Shown here piece by piece: positions 27,171-37,080 of a DNA stretch of 64,000 nucleotides. The notes beneath the pieces are model-generated. The model had not been told where the DNA came from and did not search any database. It saw only the letters and a list, made by a program, of their open reading frames with translations. The DNA is from Alphaproteobacteria bacterium (GTDB lineage Bacteria; Pseudomonadota; Alphaproteobacteria; Rs-D84). The position numbers were made by a program, and so were the translations under genes. Location of the stretch: assembly GCA_017520675.1 (NCBI GenBank), contig JAFXFG010000031.1, positions 574-64,573 of the forward strand. The letters are read 5' to 3'. Positions within the stretch are counted from its first letter, which is position 1, and each line of letters begins with the position of its first letter.

Positions 27171-27722
27171 ATGAATAATATGGCAAAAAAAATGTTCGTG
27201 GGTGTGTCTGCCTTGGCAGCGGTAGTGTTGCTGGGTGGGTGTACTGGGTGTCCAGCAAAAAAACATCATACAAAAAAAATGGTGTATCAACCACAGCCTG
27301 TTGAGATGATTGAATCAGATACAATTGTCGTATATCAAATGGTTGAAAAACAGCCAGTTGATAATATGTATGCGAAAATGTATACGCACAGCAGTAACGG
27401 CGGGGAATCAAAAATGGGATATATCAAATTTCATCAGACAGATAATGGTTTGAAAATGAAAGTTGATTTGAAAGATATGCGCCCAGGTGTACAATATCAT
27501 GTAAAATTATATCAATGTGATTCTTGTCATAATGATGCAAGATGCTGTAATAATGCAAAAAAATTAGATATGACAATGCCTATGTTGCAAACAGGTAAAA
27601 GTGGCCGTTTGGAACAGACTTATATGTTACAAGGTGTAAGTGCTGCACAATTACAGAGTGCAAATATTTTCTTGGAACGTGATGGCGGATACAAAGCCGC
27701 ATGGGGCAGATTGGAAAAGTAA
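27171..27722 (+). CDS. Lipoprotein with a Cu/Zn-superoxide-dismutase-like (SodC-like) fold; metal ligands probably incomplete
   Basis: Lipobox LLGGC. GYIKFHQTDNGLKMKVDLKDMRPGVQYHVKLYQ resembles the SodC beta-sandwich, but the His cluster is replaced by a Cys-rich segment (CDSCHNDARCC). Confidence 0.45.
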   Translation: MNNMAKKMFVGVSALAAVVLLGGCTGCPAKKHHTKKMVYQPQPVEMIESDTIVVYQMVEKQPVDNMYAKMYTHSSNGGESKMGYIKFHQTDNGLKMKVDLKDMRPGVQYHVKLYQCDSCHNDARCCNNAKKLDMTMPMLQTGKSGRLEQTYMLQGVSAAQLQSANIFLERDGGYKAAWGRLEK

Positions 27723-27813
27723 ATTCTTTTTACAAGATGCAAAAATCCTGCTGAATTTTATTCTGTGGGATTTTTTTCTTTTGTATGTGTTTTATTGTGT
27801 TAATATCCTTGTT

Positions 27814-29355
27814 ATGAGGATTTGTGTTAGTGCTTTTGTTGTTCCTTTGTTTATGCGTCCATTGTATGCTCAGGTTTTAAATAACCCAAATATGGGTAAT
27901 GATTTCTTGATATACGAAAACGCAATCGTTCAACCTGAAACACGAATTGATTCTGGGTTGCTGGTGGTGCAGAATAATAATGTTTTGCTGGAAAATTACG
28001 GATATATTAATACTGATGTGATTTTGAATTCTGCTGATTTGTTTATAAAAAACACTGGTAATTTTAAAGGAAATTTTTATTTGTATAACAATTCTGCGGT
28101 TTTTCAAGTAATTGATGATACAACGGTGTTTAATCCAATTGGCTTTAATACAGACTATGGTTTGGTCGTTGAAGATATGCAGGATGAATTAAAAATTGCG
28201 GATGTCTTTGATTTTGTGCGTGGTGCAAAAAGTGTGTCTGTTAAAAATTCAACAATTGATTTATCAGGCACTGATTTACATAATCTGAAAAATTTAAACC
28301 TGATAGTCGATGGTGTCGTTGTCCTTAAATTAGATAGTTTGTCTGGATTAAGTCAGGATGGGGTGTTGTTTAGTAATGTTGATGGAAAGGCGCAAATTTA
28401 TTTGAATGTGGATAATGCAGATGTTTTGTTCTCTGATTTTGCATATTTAGAAGGCGGAAAAATAATTGTTCAGAAAAAGCGCGAAACAGATTATTCAAAA
28501 GTTTTGAATGGTAATGTTGGAGATTTCTTGGATGGTTTGCAACAGTCTGGTAAAAATAATGCGCTGATGAATCAACTGGATAACGCGGAAAATTTCGATT
28601 CGTTTGCTGCTGTTATGAATAACTCTGTTGTGTTTAATACAGGTAAATTGTTCTATCCAATAAAAGTGCTGAATGCGCGGAATAAAAATGATTTTGTGTT
28701 AAATAAGATTGGGGCTGATGCTTTTGTTTTGTTAAATGATGAATTTAATTTTTATGGTGTTGATTTGAATGTCGCCATGGGAAATGATAAAAATTATCTT
28801 TATGTTGGTGGACAATATTCTGTGCTGAAGTATTCATCAGATGTTGATAAATTTGATGCAAAAAATTATTTGCTTGATGTTGGGGGCAGGGTAAGTTTAT
28901 TGCCAGGTGTTTTTATAAATACAGAACTTGGTTTTGGAATTGCTGATTATGATGTAGGTGAAGTGGTTATAAATAATGAAGTTTATAATAACCCAAAATT
29001 GATGTCTGGATATTTTGTGTTGGATGCGGGATGTAGTTTTAATGTAACTGATTTAATTCGTTTTATACCGTTTGTTGGAACAGAATATAATTTGTATTAT
29101 ACGGATGAAATAATTGAAAAAGAACTTTCAATCAGGGGTGGGGCAGAAATGCTGTATACGCATGAAATGCTGGGAATTCGTTATGATTATGGTGCACGAT
29201 TGGTGGCAAGTTCTTATGACGGTTTTTATTTGTCTGTGTTGGGTGGTTTTTGGTCGCAAATGGATTTAGTTGGTGGAAATATAGAGCTGTCTGCGATTCG
29301 CATTGATGATAGATTTTCATATAAGGTATCGTTAGGGGTGAATATCAAATTTTAG
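27814..29355 (+). CDS. Outer-membrane protein with a passenger-like N-terminal region and a C-terminal beta-barrel (autotransporter-like)
   Basis: Signal peptide MRICVSAFVVPLFMRPLYAQV and a terminal VSLGVNIKF with C-terminal Phe. The start was chosen at the internal ATG 27814. Confidence 0.5.
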   Translation: MRICVSAFVVPLFMRPLYAQVLNNPNMGNDFLIYENAIVQPETRIDSGLLVVQNNNVLLENYGYINTDVILNSADLFIKNTGNFKGNFYLYNNSAVFQVIDDTTVFNPIGFNTDYGLVVEDMQDELKIADVFDFVRGAKSVSVKNSTIDLSGTDLHNLKNLNLIVDGVVVLKLDSLSGLSQDGVLFSNVDGKAQIYLNVDNADVLFSDFAYLEGGKIIVQKKRETDYSKVLNGNVGDFLDGLQQSGKNNALMNQLDNAENFDSFAAVMNNSVVFNTGKLFYPIKVLNARNKNDFVLNKIGADAFVLLNDEFNFYGVDLNVAMGNDKNYLYVGGQYSVLKYSSDVDKFDAKNYLLDVGGRVSLLPGVFINTELGFGIADYDVGEVVINNEVYNNPKLMSGYFVLDAGCSFNVTDLIRFIPFVGTEYNLYYTDEIIEKELSIRGGAEMLYTHEMLGIRYDYGARLVASSYDGFYLSVLGGFWSQMDLVGGNIELSAIRIDDRFSYKVSLGVNIKF

Positions 29356-30650
29356 GATATAATTTTTCCGCGAAGTGAGGCTTTGTTTGCAGCAGTAATT
29401 AGTATGTTTGCTAATTCTGGCGCGCTCTCTGCGTTCTCAACAATGCATTGTTGCATAAATTGGGTGCGGTATATCAGGTGTTTACCTGTTTTGTCTGGGC
29501 CTTCTAGCAGGCAGGATAATGTTTTGTCAATGCAAGATTCATTGAAGTCGCGTTGCAGTTCGTTAAGGTATGAATCAAGTTCAGCAAGACGGGCGGCCTT
29601 GATATTTTCTGGAACTTGGTTCGGCATAAGTGCGGCACCTGTGTGTGGGCGCGGTGAATATTTGAAAGAGTATGAATTTATATATTTAATTTTTTGCGCT
29701 ATACGCATTGTTTCTGCGAAATCTTCATCTGTTTCACCAGGGAATCCAACGATAAAATCAGATGAAATTTGAATCTCTGGTCTGGCGGTTTTTAGTTTGT
29801 TTATAATGTCGCAATATAATTCAAGTGTATAAGGGCGGTTCATTTTTGTTAAAATGTTTTTTGAACCACTTTGAATCGGCATATTTAAAAATGGTAGCAG
29901 TTTTGGTTCGATTGCAAACATTTTAATCAGGTCATCTGTCATTTCTGTTGGATAGCTGGAAGTGAAGCGTATACGCATTATTTCTGGGATTTTTGCTGTT
30001 TCGCGTATTAAGTCGGACAGGCGATATGTATGTCCTTTATCGTCTGTGTATTTGTATCCATTTACATTTTGACCAAGAAAGCAAATTTCAATTGCGCCTG
30101 TTTTCGCAGCGTGTATAGTGTCGCGTATAACGTCATCGTATGCACGTGATATTTCGCGTCCGCGTGTGTATGGCACAATGCAATATGTGCAACAGTGATT
30201 ACAACCTTCTTGAATTGGAATATATGCAACGCGTGGACTGCGTTCCATCTGGGGCAGTTCATCAAATTTTTCTAGCCCACCTAGGTCTATATTTAATAGT
30301 TTTGTGTCTGGATTCTTTAATATTTCTGGTAATTTGTGATAACTTTGTGGCCCCAGAACGAAATTTAAATCAGGAATTCTGCGAAAGGCATCTGCGCCTG
30401 ATTCGCGTGCAACGCAACCAACAATGCCGAATAATGCAGATGGTTTTTTTGCACGACGAATACGACCCAATGCAGAAAATACTTTATCAGTTGCCTTGGC
30501 GCGAACAGCACATGTGTTTAGAATGATTATGTCAGCATCAGAAATATCGTCTGTACGCACCATTCCATGGTGTTCCAGCATTGTTGCAATGCGCCAACCA
30601 TCATAAACATTCATTTGACAGCCAAAGGTTTGAATAAAGAATTTCTGCAT
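29352..30650 (-). CDS. miaB: tRNA-2-methylthio-N6-dimethylallyladenosine synthase MiaB
   Basis: UPF0004 N-terminal FGCQMN, radical SAM CxxxCxxC (CNHCCTYC) and a TRAM domain. Confidence 0.85.
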   Translation of the reverse strand: MQKFFIQTFGCQMNVYDGWRIATMLEHHGMVRTDDISDADIIILNTCAVRAKATDKVFSALGRIRRAKKPSALFGIVGCVARESGADAFRRIPDLNFVLGPQSYHKLPEILKNPDTKLLNIDLGGLEKFDELPQMERSPRVAYIPIQEGCNHCCTYCIVPYTRGREISRAYDDVIRDTIHAAKTGAIEICFLGQNVNGYKYTDDKGHTYRLSDLIRETAKIPEIMRIRFTSSYPTEMTDDLIKMFAIEPKLLPFLNMPIQSGSKNILTKMNRPYTLELYCDIINKLKTARPEIQISSDFIVGFPGETDEDFAETMRIAQKIKYINSYSFKYSPRPHTGAALMPNQVPENIKAARLAELDSYLNELQRDFNESCIDKTLSCLLEGPDKTGKHLIYRTQFMQQCIVENAESAPELANILITAANKASLRGKIIS

Positions 30651-30829
30651 TTTGATTATCTTATTTTTGTCGTGTTCTGTTTTGTAAAAAATTATTTCTA
30701 TATTGCTGTGAAAGTCTTTGAGCGCGCAGTGCATACCTGTATTGGTGTTTGACAGCGCGTTGCGTAATCTTGGATTTGGCTTCAAAGGTTTTCATTTCAC
30801 GAAATAATTCAAGAAACATTTTTTTACCG

Positions 30830-31003
30830 TTGTTTTAGGTGTGTATTGAATTTTGCTTTTTCTGTTTTTTGTTTTAGTTGTTCTGATTTGTACATCAGTT
30901 CCAGTTCGTTTAGTCTGATTTCTTTTTCGCCATACTTTGCACCAGTAATTGGATTGTAATCGATTAGTGTTAATACTTTTATCGTTTGTGTCATTTTGTT
31001 TTC
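30830..31003 (-). CDS. Small 57-aa protein (not in the ORF track) upstream of gatB
   Basis: MTQTIKVLTLIDYNPITGAKYGEKEIRLNELELMYKSEQLKQKTEKAKFNTHLKQR preceded by a strong RBS AAGGAG. Confidence 0.4.
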
Positions 31004-31008
31004 TCCTT

Positions 31009-32529
31009 TTATGCTAGTTTCTTTTGTAAAATTTCGTTAACTGTGGCTGGGTTTGCTTGACCCTGAGAGGCGCGCATTACATTACCAACAAAGAATCCAA
31101 GCAGTCCAACTTTGCCAGATTTATATTGTTCAACCTGTGCAGGGTTTGCAGCAATGACTTCATCTATGATTTTTTCAATTGCGCCAGTGTCGGTCATTTG
31201 TTTCATACCAAATTTATTTGCAATATCGTGTGGCGTGCCACTTTCGCCATCCAGCATTTTGATAAAGATGTCTTTGGCTTGTTTTCCATTGATTTCTTTG
31301 GCAGAAATCATTTCAACCAATTCAGATAAGTCGGTTGGTGTGATAATACGCATATCGTCGATGATACCTGATTTTTCGTTTTTTACGTCCCAGTTTTCAG
31401 GGTGGGCAAATAATTCACTTATCATCCAGTTCGCAATTGATTTTGCGTTTTCTACCTTGCCATTTACGGCAGTATCATACCAATGTGAGATGTCAATTGT
31501 TTCTGTCAGACGGGCAGCGTCGTATTCAGAAAGCCCGAATTCTGCCGTATAGCGCGTGCGTGTCTGTGATGGCAGTTCTGGCATAGTTGCACGAATGCGT
31601 TCGATTGTTTCATCTGATATTTCGATTGGTAGTAAATCTGGGTCAGGGAAGTAGCGATAATCCAATGCGTCTTCTTTGCTGCGCATAACAGTTGTTGTTC
31701 CATCTTCTTGGTTAAAGCGCATTGTGTCTTGTGAAACTGTGCCACCGTTTTCATAGATTTCAATTTGGCGACGCGCTTCGTATTCAATTGCTGTTTTGAT
31801 AAATTTAAATGACACCATATTTTTTGTTTCAGTGCGTGTGCGGAATTCGGTTGAGCCAACTGGGCGGACCGATACATTTACGTCTGCACGCATAGAGCCT
31901 TCTTCCATATTTGCCTTGGATACGCCCAGTGCACGTGCGATTTCACGAATCGCGCGCAGATAACGTTCTGCTTCGTCTGGGGATGTTATGTATGAATTGT
32001 TTTCTGGGTTCTTGGTGTCCAAAAATGTAACAATTTCCAATAACATAACGCCGGTGCGGTTAAAGTCCACGAATGATTTTGATGGGTGCATATCGTGTTT
32101 GTTCTTGGCGGCGTCCTGTTCCATATGGGCGCGTTCAATGAAAATCTTTTTAGGATTGCCATCGTCCCCAATAATTTCAATCCAACCACGACCAACAACA
32201 GGTGGTTCATCCGCAGGTTGTGAAATTTGATAGCCTTGGGGCAGGTCAGGGTAAAAATATTGTTTGCGTGCAAAACGACTGGTTCTGGATATTTCTGCAT
32301 TTATGCCAAGCCCGAATTTAATCGCTTGTTCAACACAATGTTCGTTCAAAACAGGTAACATTCCAGGCATCGCAACATCAATCATAGAAACCTGGGTGTT
32401 TGGTGATACTGTTGGGTTGTAATCCGCAGATGCACCGCTGAATAATTTTGATTTAGACAGGACTTCAATATGTGTTTCAAGCCCAATTACGACTTCCCAA
32501 TCTGTTGTTTTGCCTTTTATTGTAAACAT
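31009..32529 (-). CDS. gatB: Asp-tRNA(Asn)/Glu-tRNA(Gln) amidotransferase subunit B
   Basis: GatB N-terminus (IGLETHIEV) and a C-terminal GatB/YqeY domain. Confidence 0.9.
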   Translation of the reverse strand: MFTIKGKTTDWEVVIGLETHIEVLSKSKLFSGASADYNPTVSPNTQVSMIDVAMPGMLPVLNEHCVEQAIKFGLGINAEISRTSRFARKQYFYPDLPQGYQISQPADEPPVVGRGWIEIIGDDGNPKKIFIERAHMEQDAAKNKHDMHPSKSFVDFNRTGVMLLEIVTFLDTKNPENNSYITSPDEAERYLRAIREIARALGVSKANMEEGSMRADVNVSVRPVGSTEFRTRTETKNMVSFKFIKTAIEYEARRQIEIYENGGTVSQDTMRFNQEDGTTTVMRSKEDALDYRYFPDPDLLPIEISDETIERIRATMPELPSQTRTRYTAEFGLSEYDAARLTETIDISHWYDTAVNGKVENAKSIANWMISELFAHPENWDVKNEKSGIIDDMRIITPTDLSELVEMISAKEINGKQAKDIFIKMLDGESGTPHDIANKFGMKQMTDTGAIEKIIDEVIAANPAQVEQYKSGKVGLLGFFVGNVMRASQGQANPATVNEILQKKLA

Positions 32530-32584
32530 TTTGTCTTTTTCCCTTGATTTTTTGTTTTTAGTATCTTATTATTGCTTTCGCGTT

Positions 32585-32660
32585 GGCTAGGTAGCTCAGT
32601 TGGTAGAGCAAGGGACTGAAAATCCCTGTGTCGGCGGTTCGATTCCGTCCCTAGCCACCA
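32585..32660 (+). tRNA. tRNA-Phe (anticodon GAA)
   Basis: Acceptor GGCTAGG/CCTAGCC, anticodon stem AGGGA/TCCCT, loop CTGAAAA, encoded CCA. Confidence 0.9.
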
Positions 32661-32694
32661 GTTTTTTTAATGAGGCCGTTTTAACGGTCATTTT

Positions 32695-34161
32695 TTATTT
32701 CCCCATTATTATTGTTGGACGATTGTCAATGTTGGCAGCCGTTTCAATGTGCTTTGCCAATTGCAGAACACGCATATCGTCAAAGCGACGACCAACAACC
32801 TGCATTCCAAGTGGTAACCCGTTTTGTGCCAATCCGCATGGAACAGTGCAGGCAGGAATACCGGCCAGATTCATCGCAACTGTAAACAAATCCAGTGCAT
32901 AATATTCCAATGGCGTCAAATCAGAATCAAGTGGCATTGCAGTGCCTGCGCCAGATGGACAAATAATTAAATCACATTGTTCAAATGCGGTGTTAAAGCT
33001 GTCTGCAATCATACGACGAACGCGTGCAGCCTGCATAAAATATACATCGTACGATTCGCTGGATAAAACAGCAGTGCCGACAATTACACGACGTTTTACT
33101 TCATCGCCAAAACCAGCAGCACGTGTCTTTTTGTATGTGTCATAGATATCTTTGCCTTCGACACGCAGACCATAACGCATACCGTCATAACGTGCAAGAT
33201 TTGATGATGCCTCAGCCGGGGCGATGATGTGATATGCCGCCAATGCATCCAAGATGTTTGGAATAGATACTTCGACTATTTCGGCACCCATCGATTTTAA
33301 GTCTGCGATTCGTTTTTCAAATGCTGATTTCATATCTGGTGAAACTTCGACATTTGAAAATTCGCGAATTATACCAACACGTAATTTTTTCCCATTACCA
33401 AGAATTGGTGATAATGGTTCGTTGCACTTAAAGTCAGAGTGGCACGATGTTGAATCTTTGTCATCATGGCCAGCCATTGCAGATAAAACAAGCGCGGCAT
33501 CATCAACAGTGCGTGTAATTGGACCAGGGGTGTCCAAACTGGATGCAAATGCAATACAACCCCAACGTGAACATAAACCGTATGTTGGCTTTACACCAAC
33601 CAAACCTGTGATAGATGCAGGGAAACGAATCGAACCGCCGGTGTCTGTGCCGGTTGCCGCCAATGCCAGACCACCTGCAACAGCAGATGTTGAACCACCA
33701 GAAGAACCGCCCGCGGTTAGATGTTTTTCAAATTGCCATGGGTTGACAGGTGCACCAAAGAAACTGGTCTTGCTGAATGTGCCCATCGCAAATTCATCTA
33801 AGTTAGCCTTACCAAGTAGTACAGTACCCGCATCAATAAATTTTTGCGAAATTGTTGATTCGTATTCTGGAACAAAATTTTCCAATATGCGTGATGCAGC
33901 AGTTGTGCGTATGCCACGCGTGGCAAATAAGTCCTTCATTGCAATTGGAATTCCGTCCAGTGCCAATGTTTCGCCTGCAGCGCGTCGCGCGTCAGATGCC
34001 GCAGCATCCGCCATTGCGCGTTCTGGGGTTGTTGTTATATAACAATTTAAATCGGCCCCATATTTTTCAATACGTTCCAAATATGCACGTGTTAATTCAA
34101 CAGCGGAAATTTCACGATTGTTTAATTTTTGTAAAGCTTCGCTTAGTGTCAGGTTAATCAT
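32695..34161 (-). CDS. gatA: Glutamyl-tRNA(Gln) amidotransferase subunit A (amidase signature family)
   Basis: Amidase signature GGSSGGS..A and the Ser-cisSer-Lys triad region. Confidence 0.9.
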   Translation of the reverse strand: MINLTLSEALQKLNNREISAVELTRAYLERIEKYGADLNCYITTTPERAMADAAASDARRAAGETLALDGIPIAMKDLFATRGIRTTAASRILENFVPEYESTISQKFIDAGTVLLGKANLDEFAMGTFSKTSFFGAPVNPWQFEKHLTAGGSSGGSTSAVAGGLALAATGTDTGGSIRFPASITGLVGVKPTYGLCSRWGCIAFASSLDTPGPITRTVDDAALVLSAMAGHDDKDSTSCHSDFKCNEPLSPILGNGKKLRVGIIREFSNVEVSPDMKSAFEKRIADLKSMGAEIVEVSIPNILDALAAYHIIAPAEASSNLARYDGMRYGLRVEGKDIYDTYKKTRAAGFGDEVKRRVIVGTAVLSSESYDVYFMQAARVRRMIADSFNTAFEQCDLIICPSGAGTAMPLDSDLTPLEYYALDLFTVAMNLAGIPACTVPCGLAQNGLPLGMQVVGRRFDDMRVLQLAKHIETAANIDNRPTIIMGK

Positions 34162-34173
34162 CTTTTTCTTCTT

Positions 34174-34761
34174 TTATTTTTGTTTGTTGTTCAAATAGGG
34201 TTTTACGGTTGTGCTGTGAAACAATTTTAAGATTGCGAAAATTTTTTCGCGTTGTTTTTGTGACGGTTGTATACGTGGATTGTTCAATAGCGCATGCAGG
34301 TATTCAAAGTATTTTTCATCCAATAATAAGACCCCGTATTTTTTCTGCAATATAGAATGTAAATATGGTTGGGCCGTTAATACAGGGGAATTAAAATGGC
34401 TGTCATTTATTGCGTAATAAATTGTTTCGGCGTGTGCTTCGGGCAGTTTGCTTAATTTCTTGGTTATTGCAGATGGGTGCAGTTTTTTACCACGATGTGC
34501 AATGTTGTATCCGATTAGTAATTCGGCAACACGTTTTGCATTTAAAACAGATTGTTGAATTTCGTATTCTGCCAAAAGCTGTCCAACATCTTCCAGATAT
34601 TCATAATATTCTGGGCGGTCTAGTAAGTCTTCTGCATTAAAGTTTATATTGTGTCTTTTTGCAAGTTTGTCAGCCTGAAAATCGTAATTTACAGAAGCGA
34701 CTATTATCTGGTTTGATAGGTTGTCAAAGTTTCTTAAATGTTTTTTATTGGGTTTCATCGT
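34174..34761 (-). CDS. Hypothetical protein inserted between gatC and gatA
   Basis: ORF with start chosen at MKPNKKHL. No confident domain. Confidence 0.4.
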   Translation of the reverse strand, partial: TMKPNKKHLRNFDNLSNQIIVASVNYDFQADKLAKRHNINFNAEDLLDRPEYYEYLEDVGQLLAEYEIQQSVLNAKRVAELLIGYNIAHRGKKLHPSAITKKLSKLPEAHAETIYYAINDSHFNSPVLTAQPYLHSILQKKYGVLLLDEKYFEYLHALLNNPRIQPSQKQREKIFAILKLFHSTTVKPYLNNKQK

Positions 34762-34771
34762 TGGGCCTGTT

Positions 34772-35215
34772 TTATTTTTGTTTATCTTTTGTGTAATGTT
34801 GTGGGAATAATGTTGCGCCCAGCGTGCGTCGTATGAATTCGTCATGACATTTGCCGTCTGCTAAATTTTTGCAACATATACCCATTTTCATGTCTTCGTC
34901 TGCCCCGTGTGGTACACTTGTGCATTTTGGTTTTGCGTCCGAGAAATAGAAGATGTTAGATATTTCAACTGACTGATTACGTTTGTTATGAAATGGGTTT
35001 CTGCCAAAATTGACAGTGTCCATAAGTTGAATAGACATAGTGCGTACACATGAGTCTGGTGTTACAGTGTTCTTTTCGTCAGAAAATTCGGACATTATCC
35101 ATTCCAAGTTATTGCGATCGATTTTTCCTATTTCTTGCTCAAATGAGGAAAATTCTGGGTCGTATACATCCGTGACAATAAATTTTACAGGAATATTTTT
35201 TTTTGTGTCTGGCAT
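34772..35215 (-). CDS. Hypothetical Cys/His-containing protein inserted between gatC and gatA
   Basis: ATG at 35215, immediately after the gatC stop. C-terminal segment PHGADEDMKMGICCKNLADGKCHDE. Confidence 0.4.
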   Translation of the reverse strand: MPDTKKNIPVKFIVTDVYDPEFSSFEQEIGKIDRNNLEWIMSEFSDEKNTVTPDSCVRTMSIQLMDTVNFGRNPFHNKRNQSVEISNIFYFSDAKPKCTSVPHGADEDMKMGICCKNLADGKCHDEFIRRTLGATLFPQHYTKDKQK

Positions 35216-35216
35216 T

Positions 35217-35519
35217 TTATTCACCATCCATAACCTTGGGTACTGCGAAATAGCCGCGTGATGTGCCGGCATTATCAGGTGTGTTTGCCAGAACCAAGTC
35301 GCGAATATTACCATCTGTTACAATGTCTGCGCGTGTGGGCAATTTATGTTCAGATGGGTTAAGTAAAGGCTTTACACCAGTTGTGTCGATTTGCTTTAAT
35401 TTGTCCAGCCATTCAACAACAGAATCAATATTCATTTTTTCCATTTCTTCTGGTGTGATTTCAATCTGTATTAAATCAGCGAATTTTTGTAATTGTTGCT
35501 TGCTAAATGCCATTTTCAA
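35217..35519 (-). CDS. gatC: Glutamyl-tRNA(Gln) amidotransferase subunit C
   Basis: GatC-sized (100 aa) with a conserved N-terminal helix (LAKLARLELSEEE-like IEITPEEMEKM). Confidence 0.8.
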   Translation of the reverse strand: MKMAFSKQQLQKFADLIQIEITPEEMEKMNIDSVVEWLDKLKQIDTTGVKPLLNPSEHKLPTRADIVTDGNIRDLVLANTPDNAGTSRGYFAVPKVMDGE

Positions 35520-35550
35520 TCCTATATTTGTAAAGTAAAGGAATTATACT

Positions 35551-36000
35551 ATGATTTTACAGGATTTCAAGGTTTTTCCGCGTGTTGGGCGTGTGTTGGG
35601 GGTCGACTGGGGAATGCGACGCGTTGGTGTCGCTGTGTCAGACGCAACGCGACAATTTGTTTTTACGCGTCCTGTGTTGAATTTTAAGTCTGGTCAAAAT
35701 AATCAGGCAGATATTGTTGCAAAATGTGCGATGGAAGAGGGAACTGTTGGAATTGTTGTTGGGTTGCCAGTGTATAATGATGGTACCGATTCAGAAACAA
35801 CTGTTCTGGTGCGAGAATTTATAAAGCAATTGTCGGAAAAAATTGATTTGCCAATTTGTGTGCTAGAAGAGAATTTAACTTCGGTCGTAGCCCAAGAAGA
35901 AATGGGGCGGGTTCGTGTGCGGGATTTAAAAGAAAAATTAGATTCTGAATCTGCACGTGTAATTCTGGAAAATGCAATTGCAATAATTAACCGGTCTTAG
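35551..36000 (+). CDS. ruvX: Putative pre-16S rRNA nuclease / Holliday-junction resolvase-like RuvX (YqgF)
   Basis: VLGVDWGMRRVGVAVSD N-terminus. Confidence 0.8.
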   Translation: MILQDFKVFPRVGRVLGVDWGMRRVGVAVSDATRQFVFTRPVLNFKSGQNNQADIVAKCAMEEGTVGIVVGLPVYNDGTDSETTVLVREFIKQLSEKIDLPICVLEENLTSVVAQEEMGRVRVRDLKEKLDSESARVILENAIAIINRS

Positions 36001-36016
36001 AAAAAAGACCGGTTGT
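35988..36016 (+). terminator. Rho-independent terminator
   Basis: AACCGGTCTTAGAAAAAAGACCGGTT, followed by the conserved motif TTATGCGTATAGAAC. Confidence 0.7.
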
Positions 36017-36036
36017 TATGCGTATAGAACGAATTT

Positions 36037-37080
36037 TTAATCGTCATCTTTGTCGGGGATTTCGCCGTTTGCAGATAACAAAATTGCAATTGGACGCGTT
36101 GCATCAAATTGTGCGCAGATTATATAAATTGCAACCAGCATTGGTACGCTGAAGAACATACCTGCAATTCCCCATACCATACCCCAGAAAACAAGATTAA
36201 TCAAAATAGCAAGTGTTGATAGATTTAATGTTTTTCCTGTTAATTTAGGCTCAATTATGTTGCCAAATAGTATTTGTAAACCAATTAATCCAATCGCTGT
36301 TAATATTGGTTGTTGTAGTGATGGGGCAGAAACAAGTGAATATAAAATTGGCAGACCACATGCAACAAATGCACCAATTGTTGGAATGTAACTGGTAATA
36401 AAGACTATAAATGCCCATACACCCGCAAATTCAACACCAATAAGTTGTAGCCATATGTATGAAGCAACACCTGTTATGCCAGAAATAGCAGTTTTAACAA
36501 ATAAATATTTTTTCATGTTGGTGTCAATACTGTCGATTATATAACGCATTTTTTTAGATTGGCGCTTGTTTGGAAACATTGCCTGAAATTTTTTGTTGAA
36601 TGTGCTTTGCTCGATAAACATAAATATCATATATACTAGAACCATTCCCATAGAGGCGGCAAGTCCTGCAATTGAAGAACCAATATTGGCCGCAATCTTG
36701 GTGATGTTTGGTATTAGGTTGGTATCAAACTTTATGCCGACTGAATTTGATAGGTAGGTGCCAAATGAAACCAGTTTGTCTTGTAGTGCAGGTAATGCCG
36801 TTAATAATTCAGAAAACATAGGTTTGATTTGCGTTATGAATAAATAGGCAACAAGAAATACAGTTACAATTGTGCCAATATGTGATGCGATATCAAATGT
36901 TATTTGCCACTGTTTTGTTCCGTATTTAGTAGAATTTTTGTTGGGAAAAATCTTGCGATAGTAGTCTGATATTGCGTTCATCAGGTACCATAAAAATGTC
37001 GCTATTAATAATGGTATTATTATAGAGCGCCCAAACCATAAAATTAATATAAGTCCAATAAAAATAAGTAGTTTGTTCAT
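36037..37080 (-). CDS. AI-2E family transporter (PerM-like permease)
   Basis: Eight TM segments in the typical AI-2E layout. The start was chosen at MNKLLIFIGL (ATGA overlap with the upstream gene). Confidence 0.7.
   Translation of the reverse strand: MNKLLIFIGLILILWFGRSIIIPLLIATFLWYLMNAISDYYRKIFPNKNSTKYGTKQWQITFDIASHIGTIVTVFLVAYLFITQIKPMFSELLTALPALQDKLVSFGTYLSNSVGIKFDTNLIPNITKIAANIGSSIAGLAASMGMVLVYMIFMFIEQSTFNKKFQAMFPNKRQSKKMRYIIDSIDTNMKKYLFVKTAISGITGVASYIWLQLIGVEFAGVWAFIVFITSYIPTIGAFVACGLPILYSLVSAPSLQQPILTAIGLIGLQILFGNIIEPKLTGKTLNLSTLAILINLVFWGMVWGIAGMFFSVPMLVAIYIICAQFDATRPIAILLSANGEIPDKDDD

Noticed and set aside
27640-27813. Long 5' extensions offered by the ORF track (e.g. 27640, 36037..37272, 47266, 5981..6679, 53181)
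   Set aside because: Internal ATG starts with RBSs, signal peptides or ATGA coupling fit better (27814, 37080, 47392, 6469, 53175). The extensions encode compositionally odd N-termini.
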